DNA of 64,000 nucleotides from Ptychomitrium polyphyllum (taxonomy: Eukaryota), in NCBI GenBank assembly GCA_973851085.1, contig OZ316776.1:2790001-2854000 (forward strand), written 5' to 3'. Shown one piece after another: positions 13,218-26,624 of this stretch (within the stretch, counting starts at the first letter, position 1; every line of letters starts with the position of its first letter). A program made the position numbers and the translations under genes. The notes beneath the pieces are model-generated. The model made no database searches. It was not told the origin of the DNA and saw only the letters and a program-made list of their open reading frames with translations.

Positions 13218-16200
13218 CTACCTCCTAGAATTATGATACCGTCCATCGTCATTTCTGCGTTCGCTATTTGCCCTGACCACAAAACCACGTCACTTCAGGG
13301 CAGAATAAGGACATACTAGAAAGAATTTCATGCCACCGCTGATAGGTACCGATGCAAAATTCATAGCTTTGGTGGCTAATCAAAATTATGACAATATCGA
13401 CGATTCCAATCAACTCCAGTACCTCGTACTAAGAACATTCACGAAACGCGCACAGATTGGAGTAGAATACAAAAGAAGCATGCATTCTCATGAACTTGTA
13501 TCAAAACAACGATCAGCACACACTAACAATCCAAGGGCGAGCAAGGAGCTAACAACCTGGACTCACTCCTCACAGAGCTCGAAGTCTCCCTGTGGCCATC
13601 ATTAAGCCGCGGCATATGACCAGCCGGCTCAAAGTTAGACATTTTCGAATCATGAGCACTTCCAGAATAATGCTGATAATTTGGCTTCAATATAATGCTC
13701 CCTTGCACCTGCTGTTGGATGTCAAGGTCTGTACGTGCTGGCTGCTTAGAAAAACAGCCAATGCCTCCTGCTTCTGTGATCTCTGCCATATGGTTTTCGA
13801 TGATGTCATGCAAAACCTGCAATGCTCAATGCAAAACGTTTCAAGAGCAACAAAACAGTCGCAAATGAACCAATTAATACAGAAAGAAATTTCTTCATGT
13901 AGATAAGATCCCCAATAGAGTAGACAAATAACGCTTAGAATGCTTAGAATAAGAACTGTTTTAGAAAACAATGATCAATCCTAACAAACAAACAAAAAAC
14001 ATGGACAAAGAATTTCGGCAAAAAGGAGGACTATAAAAATCTCTATACCTGCAGTGGGGTTCTCTTCAATTTCTTTCCACGGTATGACATTCTTCTTCGC
14101 TTATAGTCCCGCTCCTCAGCCAGTAACTCAGCTTTTGTCTTTTGTTTTTTCTCCTGTAATACGGAAAAACAAATAAATTAATTCAAATCATACTTATCAG
14201 CATGAAGTCCACTTACATGATAGTATAAATAAAGGTCGTGAGTTGCATAGCATATCCATTTAGATGAACAAACACCTTTACGTAATAATAGGGAACTGTG
14301 CTCCTGATTCAATGGCTAACATGTTAAAATGAAATGATAAATGCAACATGATTTAATCAAGATATTCGAAGGTCGGCAAAAGACCTTAAATAAATTCATG
14401 TAACAAGGCAGAACAAATTAGGGGAAGTATAAAGCAAACAAACCGCCTGATGAGACCGTTGCCAAGTTAGGCCGTCATGCTCACAAACAGCATGATAATT
14501 ACGACGCTTAGCCCTCTCGTTGTTTGCAGACATAACGGTCATGTCATAAATAGCAATCCTGCTATCATCCGATAAATCTGAGAAAATTAGATGCTAATCT
14601 TTCAAAACAGTAATAAGCAACAACATTATGACGTACTCAACAATTGCGACTCGTGGACCTAGACTTTAGAGCTAAAGGCGGCTCAATTTCTGCAGTTAGA
14701 ACAAAAAGCTGGCCTGAGGCAATATATGTGACTCTTACCGTTGAGGTTTTGTAGCATTATTGATGCTCATCTCGGTTTTGACATATCTCTCAAAATTAGC
14801 TCGCTCATAAACAGCATCCATTGCAGCACCAACTTGCTTGATTCCCAGAATCTCCTCCAAAGCGTTATCGGCCTGTTTTGAAAGCATTTTTCTATGCTCC
14901 GTGGAAACGCTGAATTCTCCACCTGACGCACCTTTGACATCCTCAATCTTCCCTCTGATTTTAAAGCCACCCAGCTGAGAATGAAAGTCTAAAGGAACAA
15001 CACAAAGAAGTCTCCCACAGGAACAGAGGCAATGCTTCAATATATCAAGAACTACTGCTTTGCTGTTGATAGGCCCATAGAGATGAGACAACCATTGTGC
15101 TAACCAAGTACTGGCCTCTGCGTATATGGGACATTCCCCAGCCATAGTGTCAACTAAAATCGACGTATCCTCCGTGTTTAAACTCCTTGCAAAACTCTGA
15201 TCAAAGAGCAACAAAGATTGGGTTCTTAAGGCTTTCAAGTAAAGCTGCACAAGACAAGAAATGTGAGCAGCCATTGCCACATCTAAAACCACTCCGTACG
15301 CAGGTGAGTGCGCAAGCAACCATTCCACAATTGAAGCCTTCCCAACTCTTCCTAAGCATACAGCAACCTGAAGCACTGTTTGCGAACATCGGGATGGCAC
15401 GTCCTTCCATTTTTCCAATTCCCTTCTTAAATTCCATAACACTGATGGCAATATCCCAACACAAGCTGTCTCCTCCAGTTCACTCACATGCTGAATCCTG
15501 GTAAAAGATCCATCTGCTTCACTGTCCGTCATGCCTATTCGTTTCGCAGGAACTGATCCTCCCATAAGACCATAAGACTCTTGGTCTCTCTGTTCTTCGG
15601 TATGACGAGTCTCTACTTCTGCGTTTTCAATTGTTCTAGATGACAGAACGATTCTTCGACTATTTTCCTCTCCATTGCTGATACTTTTAGAAGTCACGGA
15701 AGGACAATTTTCCAACTCTACCCGCAGAAAACGTGGCATAGAGGACATGGCATCACCACAATCCTTTGATGAATAATGAGCCATGGATGTCAGAACGACG
15801 CCTGGAGCTTCTCCGTAAAATAACAAAGAACCCCTAGGATCAAACAGTTGCCTACACGTAGACAATGTCAAGGTCCTGCACTCTGGCTTCTCACTCCAAT
15901 TCGTTGTCCCCACCTTGGACTTCAATCGTGGAATCTCTGATAAACATTCAGTGTCTACATAACCTGGTTCCTGCTTAATAGTTTCTAAATCGAGTCGTTC
16001 AGTCAAAATAGGATTGACAGTGAGCAATGCCGCGTTCTCGAATGAAAGGGTGACGTTGTTGCTGCTAGTCTCTGCGCCTGGGTGCCGATCAACCATGCTT
16101 TCATCATGTGTGGAAGGCTCAGTAGAATCCAAATGTCTGGTGCGTGGATACTGCAAACAATCGAGAAACGAGCTGACCTCCACTGTGCCTCCCAAAGATG

Positions 16201-17023
16201 TGGAGCACTTTAGTGTATGGCGAAGAAGTGACTCCACTGGGACAACATGGTGGGGATTGAAAGGGCACACACCCCACTCTGTTCCAGAAGCCAAACTCTC
16301 CACATCAGTTATGGCTAAAATCTTGCCGATGACATCTTCCACCTGATCAACCAGCTTATAAAGATCTGAACTCTTCACCGCAGCCGAATTACCAGACGAG
16401 GCTCTTAAACTCGATCCACAGTCACCTAAAACCTGAAGAGACGCAGAATACTTGACGCTTTCATCTATCCAATTCAGGAAGAGAGGCTTCACTGCTACAT
16501 TAGAGCGCAAATCATTCGACCACGCCACTCCCGCCGCCACGGAGCCTCCCCTACCGTCATACGTCGGCACATTCAATCCCTGCTGCGCTTGCACAACTTG
16601 CTGACCCTGAGCCTGACTTGGCAATCCAACAGAAACACCACTCACCTGCGCACTGTAACCTGAACCAGGTACAAAACTCTGCGATTGTAAGTTCATCACA
16701 TTAGACGACGTCGCCCTGGAACTCGCCACATAACCCCTGGGATAACCACTCCATCCTTGATGAAAATTGTTACTAAACCCGGGACTGCCACCACCAGGAG
16801 GATACACATTCCTATACACAACAGAGCCAGGAGGCCCGGGCAGAGCACCGGGTGGCATGGAACCAGATCCCCGCGGTGGAAACTGATGAAAGTTTCCACC
16901 GCCGGGAGAATGCTGCAGAAACGGCATCCCTGGACGAAACTCTTGCCCGTAGACTCCAGCCGGTTGAGCAGGACCAGGTTGTTGATACGCCGGCCATCCT
17001 GGGAACTGCGGCCGATTCGCCAT
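13218..17023 (-). CDS. SNRNP48: U11/U12 small nuclear ribonucleoprotein 48 kDa protein (U11-48K), about 939 aa; last coding exon less certain
   Basis: Exons 17023-14739, 14558-14444, 14153-14049, 13816-13557 and 13272-13218 (2820 nt, in frame). Contains the CHHC zinc finger CPFNPHHVVPVESLLRHTLKC and the signature C-terminal KTKAELLAEERDYKRRRMSYRGKKLKRTPLQVLHDIIENHMAEITEAGGIGCF. The N-terminus is P/G/Q-rich and low-complexity. Confidence 0.88.
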
Positions 17024-17130
17024 CTCCGAAACGCATCACAAGAGACGCAACCTCCAAACCCTCGATCGTCGTCCCTGATCAAGAACCTTTCTCCTTCTCG
17101 TGAACCAAATTTCTACTTCTCGCGCGCTTC

Positions 17131-17154
17131 AAACCCTACGACGATGAAACCCTA
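17131..17154. promoter_or_regulatory. Two telo-box motifs (AAACCCTA) upstream of the SNRNP48 ATG
   Basis: AAACCCTA occurs at 17131-17138 and 17147-17154. Such motifs are common near the TSS or 5' UTR of plant housekeeping and RNA-processing genes. Confidence 0.5.
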
Positions 17155-20100
17155 CACCCCTCGGCCATCCACAAAACCGTCACTGAAAACAATACAACCT
17201 CACTCTACGAAAATCAGCGTTTAGTCGCTAAATCTTCGTAAGACGTGGAAAATGTTGGTTTTCGATTGTGACGGTTTTGAACTACCTGCTAGTCAGGAGT
17301 GGCATTAGGAAGCCAGAAAGCGACACCGTGGCACCATTGTGGGCCTAGACTTGCGCGCTCAAGCCTTCCATGTGACGCTAAACCAAAAGGTCCTCTCCGT
17401 CAGACGAACGAGCCCCTTTCGTCTCATGAACGAGTCCGCTCCGACGCCTTCCGTCGAACGGCGACAGTCTCCCCATCCGCGATCGCCCTAATGAACGTGC
17501 CCACGGGGTGACTCCGAGACGAGTTTGTATGTCCCATGCGACGACCAACGGGTATCCTTTTGGGGGTATTTCTATGGCGGGTACAAAGTTAACGAAGCAT
17601 TTCGTCAGCTGATTTTATAAGTCGCTGTATTTCCTACTACCATGAAACTATTTATAATCTCTCATTCAAGGGAAAAAAAAATTATAATCATTTCATTACA
17701 GTGTAAAGTATTGATTTAGAAGTATGTTTTTTTGAAGAACTTTAAGGTTAAGTAAAAAGCTATTCATATAAGAAGTGAGCAAAAACGAACCATTGCAAGT
17801 TAAGAATGGAAGTATATGAATTAGACTACAATGAGATATGTATAAAATTCATAAAATCAAAATTATAGTTTTTAAGACAAGTAAAAAAAATTAAATTTTA
17901 AAAGTATTTAAAGATGAAAATGCAAGTTAAAGCAAATTGTTTCATCCAAAAATAATAATAATAATTTTTAAACAAATCAATAAACACTTCAAAAATGTTA
18001 ACAATAAAGGGAAGTCATTCAATCATGTTTGCCAACTCTTACTACAAATCCACTTAAGCCTACAATACCCAAAGGTATTATTTGAATATACATTTATAAA
18101 AGCATACAATTAATAAAATCATTCAATATATCAAAAGAATTATTATTTATACAATGAGCTAATGAACAAAAAAATGCTATAATATTTAATACATCATATA
18201 AGAAACACATTCCAAAGCAATTTTTCTTCACAATTCTTCCTAAAATTATTCAAATATAATACAAAGCAAATTATGCAATTCTAATTAAAAAAACCTTCTT
18301 TTAAGATTTTCAAAATTAAAGCCATAACTTCACTTATAAATATTCTTTCATCAATATGTTTTCATCCAATGATCATATTCATGGTAATTTTCATTGTAAT
18401 TCCAAATATTTCCAAATATTATAATGGTGCCTCAAAGGTAGTATTTTAATATTATCAAAAAGAGAAAAAATAATAATTTTTAAAATTTTCAAAATAAGCT
18501 ATTCCATGAAATAATTTTAAATGTAACTTAAATAAAACAAAAACTATAAAATAAAAGACAATTAAAAAACTAAGAAATGGAGGATTGAAGATTTTTAATG
18601 AATTAGCAAGGATTAATATACTAATATACACTAAGATCCTATAATTTAGAATCTTAGTATACAATATTAGAGAATATATTACATTTCATGAATTTGTGCA
18701 CTTATTTTAATAAATCAACTAGCTCTGTTAGTCAAATACTCTTCTTGTTGATAAATACTCTATTACTTGAATAGAATAACATTCCATTATAAGGATATGT
18801 AGATTAAAAGATGTCTCAAAAATTGGCTCTAAAATATATTGAAATTGATGCATGCCTTGGAAAATGATGTGTCAACTTTTGAAAGCACTTTAAATTATTT
18901 TACCATGTAATACTTGTAAAATTTATAAGTATAAGATGGCAAAGATAATATTTTGAACTTTCAAAAATCTAAGCACAAACAAATGCATTCAATTATTATA
19001 ATTATTTTATAACAAAATACAAAAATATATGCAAACATAAGAATTTATGAAGGATTATTTTAATGATGACAAGAGCGTCATTATGGTTTTTATAAATAAT
19101 GTCATATGCCTTTAAACAAAAAAGTTTATAATTTGATCCATATTTCAAATGATGTTGATTATATACTATCTTTTTTATAATTGGTAATAAAAAAAAACTT
19201 TTAGATGTTTTTATCATTGATTTAAAGGCCAAATTTTGAATGTTTGATCTAATTATTTAAAACAACAACTACATTCACTCACTATGGCCAAATTATAAGA
19301 CCTTAAATAATATTGTTTATTCAAATTCCAAAAAATTCAAAAAAGTACATTATTTGTGGAACTATTTGATGTTTTAAGCTCATATCAAGAAAATAAGTTG
19401 ATTGATGAAACATTCATGAGCCTTTTATTAAACAAATTCTTTTAAACTATGCTTTATAAAAAATTTACAACTCCATTGAATTACTTGATTGTTTTTTAAA
19501 AATCAAATTGCAATTTGTACAATACAAATGCAACTTTCTTTAGCTTATTGTTAAATTGATGATTATAACCACATATATGCATTTAAACCTTAACATATTA
19601 AATTTAATTGTCTTGGTAGAAATTTATGTGTATATAATTAAATTTTTTGTTGTTTCTACAATAATTGGTACATTAAAAGTAACACTTTCTTTTCAATAGA
19701 ACTTGTAATCATTTTTTGTGTATAAAAAGATTATAAATTGAATAATTGCCAATTTTGCAAATCATATCATTATGTTAATCCTTCTATAGTTGTTTTGGAT
19801 AATATTCTTTATTTTTATCCAATTAAAAAGGCATAATTTCTATTTGAAATATAGATATAATTTTGTACAATAATAGAAGCTAACAACCAAATAGCTTTGG
19901 TTTAATAAACTAATAAATATGCCACCATCTACATCAAACTTGTCAAAACCTTTATGTCATAAATTTTAACTACAATCTAACATAAGCAAGACTTGAAGAA
20001 AGTGAAGAAGAGAAGATTTAGCCAACCATTACAACTATTTGAACCAACTTCCAAACAACCTTTTTTATGTTTCTACAAATTTTAAAACTTAATTTAATTC

Positions 20101-21533
20101 CTAGAGGTCCTAGCAATGCTTTAAACAAGTCTATTATTGTATGCTATATTTTTAAGACATACAAATGATTGCTAAGCATTGATGTCAATACCACACATGA
20201 CACTAGTTTATTTTTAACTTGAAATGGTTTATATACCACAATCATTTGAAAAAATCATTCTTTTTATTTAACATATTTAATTTTTGGTAATTACAAGTAC
20301 AATAAAGAATCTTTAATCTTGAATTTGGTATCAAATTGTAGCTCTTTCAATATATTTATTAATAATATCATATTCAAATGTTAACTTCCAAAAATGTGCA
20401 CATAATAAATATATTTTAAATATATTTTTATTTATTGTGATGTTGTGATATAGTGATTAGAACCTTAAAGCTTGGTTGCAACTTGGAGTTAACATTTTAC
20501 AAATTAAATTACAAGTGACTTATTCAACTATAAAAATTTCTTATTAAACAAAACTTGTTTTGGTTATAAATCACGCAATTGTCTTTTTAATTCCAATCAA
20601 TAACCATGCACTCAAGCTACATTTTATTTATGAGAACCAATTTGAAAAAAATGATTTATTCTATATATTTTTGATTGAAGAAGGCTATGACAAAAATATG
20701 ATATCTTTAAAAATGGATGTCATAACATTATTAATAATTGAAGTGAGCCAACTCAAGTTAAGAATATTCATAATCATGACTTTAAGGCAATTTAGAACAA
20801 GTGTCATTAAAAAGGTAAAATATATTTCGAATTGAGTCATATCCACAAGACAAGAAGAATTCTAACACACACTATTATTCATATTTTTTTCCTTATAGTA
20901 TTTGAACAAGGCATGAAGAAGTTATGAACATTCAGAATTCGGAATCCTGAGGCTCAACCCTTTATTCCAAAAGAGGTCTCGGAAGAATGCCATGCATATG
21001 ATGTGCCATTTCAATGGTTGTCCCTGTGACACTCAGCCAAACATGAAACGACGACTCTAATGCGTCCAGCTGTCACAAGCCTCCATAAAAAGATGGCGTA
21101 AAACACCGCTCCATGCTCCCCGTAACTCACTCCTAAGAAAAACAGAAACAGACTCGGACAGAAAGAAAAAGATACTGAGTCAGCCGGCAGTCGGAGTAGC
21201 AGCTGCAGAAGCCAAACTGAAGCCGATACCCAAAATCGGCATCATCTAAAGCCGGCATCAAAGTAACTTATCTAATCTACACCTGGCTTAGATGATCTTA
21301 ACATTAGGCGTAGATGATCTTAACATCAAAGACTAGGAGTGACTTCCTCCAAACGCTCGTAGATTCAGCGCCGTAGACTTGCACGCCTCCCGTAGATAAG
21401 GTTGGTGCTGGTTACAGCTACTGTCACTGGTATTGGCTTCCCTAAATTGGAGTTCATCGGCGCTACAGTGCGGCACCTCCATCGACGCCCTTTCCGGGCC
21501 CCTGTTCAAAGGTGGTTCCCCTCGGTCCTCCCC

Positions 21534-21944
21534 AAACCCTAATTCTCGCACCACTTTCGCACCAAGAGCCAGGAAGCTATCACAGTCCCCTTTCCTGACC
21601 GATACCATAGTGATACCCTCATGTTACTGGTAAAATACCCTTAGATATTGATGTGATATCCTTATATTACACCGTAGAGGTATCGTTGTGAGCCAGTGGA
21701 GGTCACCTTTGTTGTTGCAGAGACTCGCCACTTGAGGAAGAGCACCGATTGCAGACTCCGCCCTTGCCTGCCATTGCTCCATAGCTCCTCGGCTCCGTCG
21801 CTTTCATGGCTGCAGGCTCGTAGTTCCGCTCTCTCTCGTCACCTTTCACCTTAGGTGAGTATCTTTTCTTTCTGCCCTGGTGCAGGTGTTGCTTGCTTCT
21901 ACGGGGCGCTCAGAAAGCTAGCTTCCAACTTTCTCTTAGGGTTT
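21534..21944. promoter_or_regulatory. Telo-boxes and non-coding first exon of the KH gene
   Basis: AAACCCTAA at 21534-21542 and TTAGGGTTT at 21936-21944. A strong donor TAG|GTGAGT at about 21855 and an acceptor at 22671 define a 5'-UTR intron. Confidence 0.5.
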
Positions 21945-22712
21945 CGTTTCGTTTCGTTGCTGTATGTCACTGTTCGTCACCAGCACGAGCTCTTCTTCGA
22001 CCAATGCGATTTTTTATTTCTGTATAACTAGTGTGTGCGTTTGTGAACTTAGGCGTTGAGCGAAGATGATAATCGATTCTAGAGGTGTTTGACCCGCTGG
22101 TGTTTAGCGGATTAGAGTTCTTAGGGGAAGATTATGATTTTTTTCATGAAAAAGGTTTTCTTCTTTGTGCGTGATGGTGGTGGTGTGGTTTAGTGTGGTT
22201 TTTGTAGTTGTAGTCGGTTGTGCGAGATTCGTTTATTTTTCACTGGAGTCTGTTTAGTAAGTTTCGTGCGGGTGTGAGGGCAAGTGTTGACGCTCTTTAT
22301 ACTCCAGGCGGCTATGGAGTGTGGTTTATGTGTTATGCAGATTGAAGCTCTCGAGCTTTGGTTGAAAGAATTGGACTTTTCCGTTTTTTACTTGGAATTA
22401 ATGGCTCGTGGTTGTAAGGTGTTCGAGTTGAGTTTACTGGCTAGTTTGTTGGTGATGTTTGTTAGTCTTTGCATGTGTTTGTTGTTTTCTGTTTTCTTCG
22501 CTGACTGTTGTCAGCATAATCTTTATCATTGTGTTTCTCCTTGTTTGAGAATGCTTCTGCTTAATGTGGAGCTCCTACTTCTGGAAATTACGTGGACTTT
22601 CCCGCCGTTACTGACATTGTAGTTGTTTGGGCTTTTTTTCGAGTTTAGGAGCTTTTTATTCTGTGAAATAGAAACAATCAAAGTTTCCGTTCGGCTGGGA
22701 AACATAGACAAC

Positions 22713-25700
22713 ATGGACCGGGGTTACAACGGTAAGCGGCCGCATCCGCTGTACGATGGGGACTTGGCAGACCGCAACGGGAGGCAAAAGAGGCGGAATC
22801 AGGGGGGTTACAGCAGCCGAGAGATAGGCGGTGGGCATTTCGGGTCTCGTGACCTGCCACTGCCTGTTATGCCTGCTACTTTGCCCGATGACGTGGTTTT
22901 TCGTATCCTATGTCCTGCGCCGAAGATTGGGAGCGTTATTGGCAAAGGTGGAAGTATCATCAAAACTTTGCGGCAAGAGTCTGGTGCCAAAATCAAGATT
23001 GCGGATGCGATACCTGGAGTAGACGAGAGAGTCATCGTTATTTCTGCTATAGATCGAGGGAGTAACAGAGGCAGAGGGAGAGATGGAAGTAGCCGAGACT
23101 CCCGGTCTGGTGACAGAGGACGATCCAGAGAGCGAGACGGGGGTAAGGAGGAGGACAGGAAAGATAGGGAGTCTTCTCACAGAGATAGTGAGAAGCTGAC
23201 ACCTGCCCAAGAAGCTTTATTTAAGGTGCATGCTCGTATAATTGCGGATATTGAAACCTCAGGAGGCGATGGGTCTGATCATGAGGAAGAGCCCAGTCAG
23301 CAGGTTGTCACGCGTTTGCTTGTTCCCAACAATCAAATTGGGTGTCTGCTTGGCAAGGGAGGCAAGATCATAGAAGAGATGCGACAATCCACCGGCGCTC
23401 AGATTCGTGTGCTTCCTAAAGACCAGCTTCCCGGGTGTGCTATGCCTACTGATGAAATTGTTCAGGTAGGTCTGCACAATTGTCGACTCATAATAAAATT
23501 AGTGCTTATACCAGCTAGGGAGAAGATTTCTGTGTTTTTATTTTCAAAATTTTCCCTACTTGTGTTCTATTAATGTACTACTTTGCGTCCCTCAGAAATT
23601 GTGCCGAAGTTTTCAATTTTCTCCATTTAGTAGAACAGATAGCACAAGAAGTTGCTTGTTTGGTCAAGTGATTGTAAATACTTAGAATTTGTATCCTACT
23701 ACAGGTATCTGGAGACGCTTTGATTTTGAAAAAGGCTCTGCTTTCCATTTCGTATCGATTGCAAATCAATCCTCCTCGTGATCGACCACAAACATTTACG
23801 TCCCCTGCGCCAGCTTTTGTACCAGTCAGTGAATATTTACCAAGAGATTCTTATCGTTCTAAGGGCGATGGACACCTCTTGGGGTTAGGACCAGAACACA
23901 TGGAAAGAGAGAGTTGGGCTATCAGGGGTGGGAATCTGCCTCTGGATCGACCAGATGACAAGCGCAGAAAAGAGGGACGTGATTCTGCAGAAAATGAGCT
24001 TGTGTTTCGTCTACTCTGTCCCAGTGATAAGATTGGCAGTGTTATCGGGAAGGGTGGTAGTATTATATATAACTTGCGCAAGGAGACAGGAGCTCGCATC
24101 AAGATTGCTAACGCAGTTCCTGGTTCTGACGAACGTGTTATTATTGTATCAGCCTTTGAGGTACAAGCTTGGTGCTATGCTTCGCTTTGGATGGGATTTT
24201 AAACATCTAGCGCTATTTATTTGGGAAGTTGTAGTCATTGAACGCGTTGAGCTCTCTGAAATTTGACGCATGATTTGCATCTATCTGCCCTTCTGAACTG
24301 ATGATGTTCTTCACCTGCATTATCTCTTTCAAGGTTGGTCGCTTTTTGGTAAAGCACTCAAAGGAGACCGCTGTTTGTGTGCTTCTATATAAGCAGCAAG
24401 GAACTACCAGCGTTCGTTCACTTGTAATAGTCACGTCGTTCTACCTGGTCACTCTCAATACTGTAGCTTGGAATTTGTGTGCTGCAGCTTCCGGGGGACT
24501 CCTTCTCTCCTGCACTGGAGGCGATGATTCAGGTACAAGGCAGAATTACTGCTGAGATGGGAGGAGATAAGGACGGGATAGTAACTACCAGACTTCTTGT
24601 TCCAACCAATCAAATTGGGTGTTTATTAGGCAAGGGAGGTAGCATTATTGAAGATATGCGGAGAGCTACACGGGCTAACATTCGCGTTCTTCCGAAGGAC
24701 AACCTGCCTCGTTGTGCTATGGACGCAGACGAGCTTGTACAGGTATTTCACTTTCCGTTATTCCTGAACTCAGGGGGTTTCCCTTGACGGGATTACAATT
24801 GATTTGCTTCTGACAAGATATTAATAACAGAATAACCTTTGTATCCTCTGTTTTAAGCGCAGCTGCATATCTTTTGTCTACTTGCAGTTTGTTGTTTTGG
24901 TTTCAAAACAAATGTAAGAAACATATTGATTTCTAGAAATTGCAGATTGTGGGTGATACAACTGTCGCTCGGGAGGCCCTTTTTCAAGTCATCAGTAGGT
25001 TACGCAACAATGCATTCAGGGAAAGTGGGAGCGATGCAGGGAGAGGCGGCGGTGGAGGTCGTGATTATGGACATTCAATGCCATCTCTAAGTATGGCAAG
25101 AGAAAATTACAGCAGCTCGTACGATTTTGGTGGAAGGATGGGATCCAGGTCGCCTCGTGGAGGGGTCTTTTCATTATCTGGGATGCATTCGTCGTCGGGT
25201 TTTGGAAGGCTTAGTTCTCCAGAAGCATGGGGCATTGGGGTGAGTTGAATGTCATATTGTGATATTGATCTGGAATGATTTGCATAAAAAACTGAGAATC
25301 ATATCTTTAATCCAAATCTACCTCACTCCGCTTCGTAAAGATGGTTAAATAGTACAACACCACGTAAGACTGAATCATTTCCTTTAGGTCCAGTTCCTTG
25401 TCATACTTCAAGAGACACCTTTGTCTGTGCTTGCATCCATCCTATTAAGAAGGGGAAGTGGAATTGGAGCATTCTTGGCTGGCACATAATGCTTGGATTG
25501 GGGTTGGATCTTGATCGATTACTCAGCATTGGTCTTAGACCTTGCTTTGAACACTTTGGACACCATCTCTGACCTCTTTAAATCTGGGGCTGCAACGCCT
25601 TGGATTTGGATAGTTCACGAGAGCATACCTACATCGGTGAGTTGGTGGATGTCTGCTCTATTTTGAAGCATAGAAAAGCACTATAATTCTGACTCCTGAA

Positions 25701-26624
25701 ACGTCTCAGGGAGGTGGTGGATTGAGTAGCCTTTCTGGCTTTGGTGGTGGCCCTTCGCACTTGATCCAACCACTTGATCGCTTTGGAGGGTAGGTATGCT
25801 TGAGACCTGGAGCTTCAAGTTATCCAAGGCCAATATGTGTACCCTTCGCTTTCTGCTTAACTAAAGTGCCTTTGGACGATACCCCTAACAGTATCCTCTT
25901 CGTAATGACCCATATTTCATATTCTTAATGAGTAATCAACACAATTAAAAGTCCACTTAGCTGGGAGTGTGCGTGACACCGAATAATCAGTGGCTAAATG
26001 ACAGTGGTATGTTATTGTGATAAAGCAGAAGAGGGAACAGAGTTATAGGGAGCCACGGTCACGGGACAAGCCTAAGTATGAGCCTAGGTACGAGCCTAGG
26101 TACGAGCCTAGGTATGAGCCTCGGTACGAGCCTAGGTACGAGCCTAGGTACGATGTCCACCATCGAAGTTCATATTCCTAATACCGCGGTTGGTTCAGTC
26201 ATTGGCAAGGGTGGCAGCAATATCGCTCGTATTCGGGAGGTCTGTGATCTTCACCTATACATGCCATGGACCACTTCATCATATGCTTTGGTTTTACCAG
26301 CTTTGTCTGTTCCTTTCTGTAGTGCTGCTTTGAACTACAGATTTGTCAAATGTCACTGAAATGGCACTATTTGTATTTGTAATGGGCGTGTTGAGCTTGT
26401 CCTTGACCTGGATGTTCTTGGTGGAATATATGATACTTGTCTTTCAGATTTCTGGGGCGAAAGTAAAATTGCACAATAGTGAACAAGGCGCAAAAGATCG
26501 GGTGTTAGAACTTTCAGGGACTCAGGATCAGACTCATGCTGCCCAGAGTTTGGTACAGGCCTACATGCAGTCATCCTTGGGTGGTGGTGGTGGATTGCTC
26601 TCCTCTTCAGGATTTGCCGCCTGA
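22713..26624 (+). CDS. Five-KH-domain RNA-binding protein (plant PCBP/HEN4/RCF3-like family), about 741 aa
   Basis: Exons 22713-23465, 23705-24160, 24488-24742, 24946-25239, 25710-25789, 26029-26239 and 26448-26624 (2226 nt, in frame). Five GxxG KH motifs: IGSVIGKGGSII, IGCLLGKGGKII, IGSVIGKGGSII, IGCLLGKGGSII and VGSVIGKGGSNI. An RD/RS-rich insertion follows KH1. Confidence 0.93.
26068..26151 (+). repeat. Coding tandem repeat, 7 x 12 bp (consensus GAGCCTAGGTAC)
   Basis: aagcctaagtat gagcctaggtac gagcctaggtac gagcctaggtat gagcctcggtac gagcctaggtac gagcctaggtac. Confidence 0.95.

Noticed and set aside
17640..20900. Short ORFs in the AT-rich spacer (and similar ones in 33-55 kb)
   Set aside because: Their I/K/F/N-rich composition reflects AT bias, with no domains or splice structure.
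21289..21326. 16-bp direct repeat TAGATGATCTTAACAT x2
   Set aside because: A real but tiny local duplication with no evidence of function.
23691..25900. Isolated GTATCCT motifs in KH-gene introns (23691, 24841, 25891)
   Set aside because: They are single, not at exon boundaries and not tandem, so they are neither U12 donors nor USSE-like.
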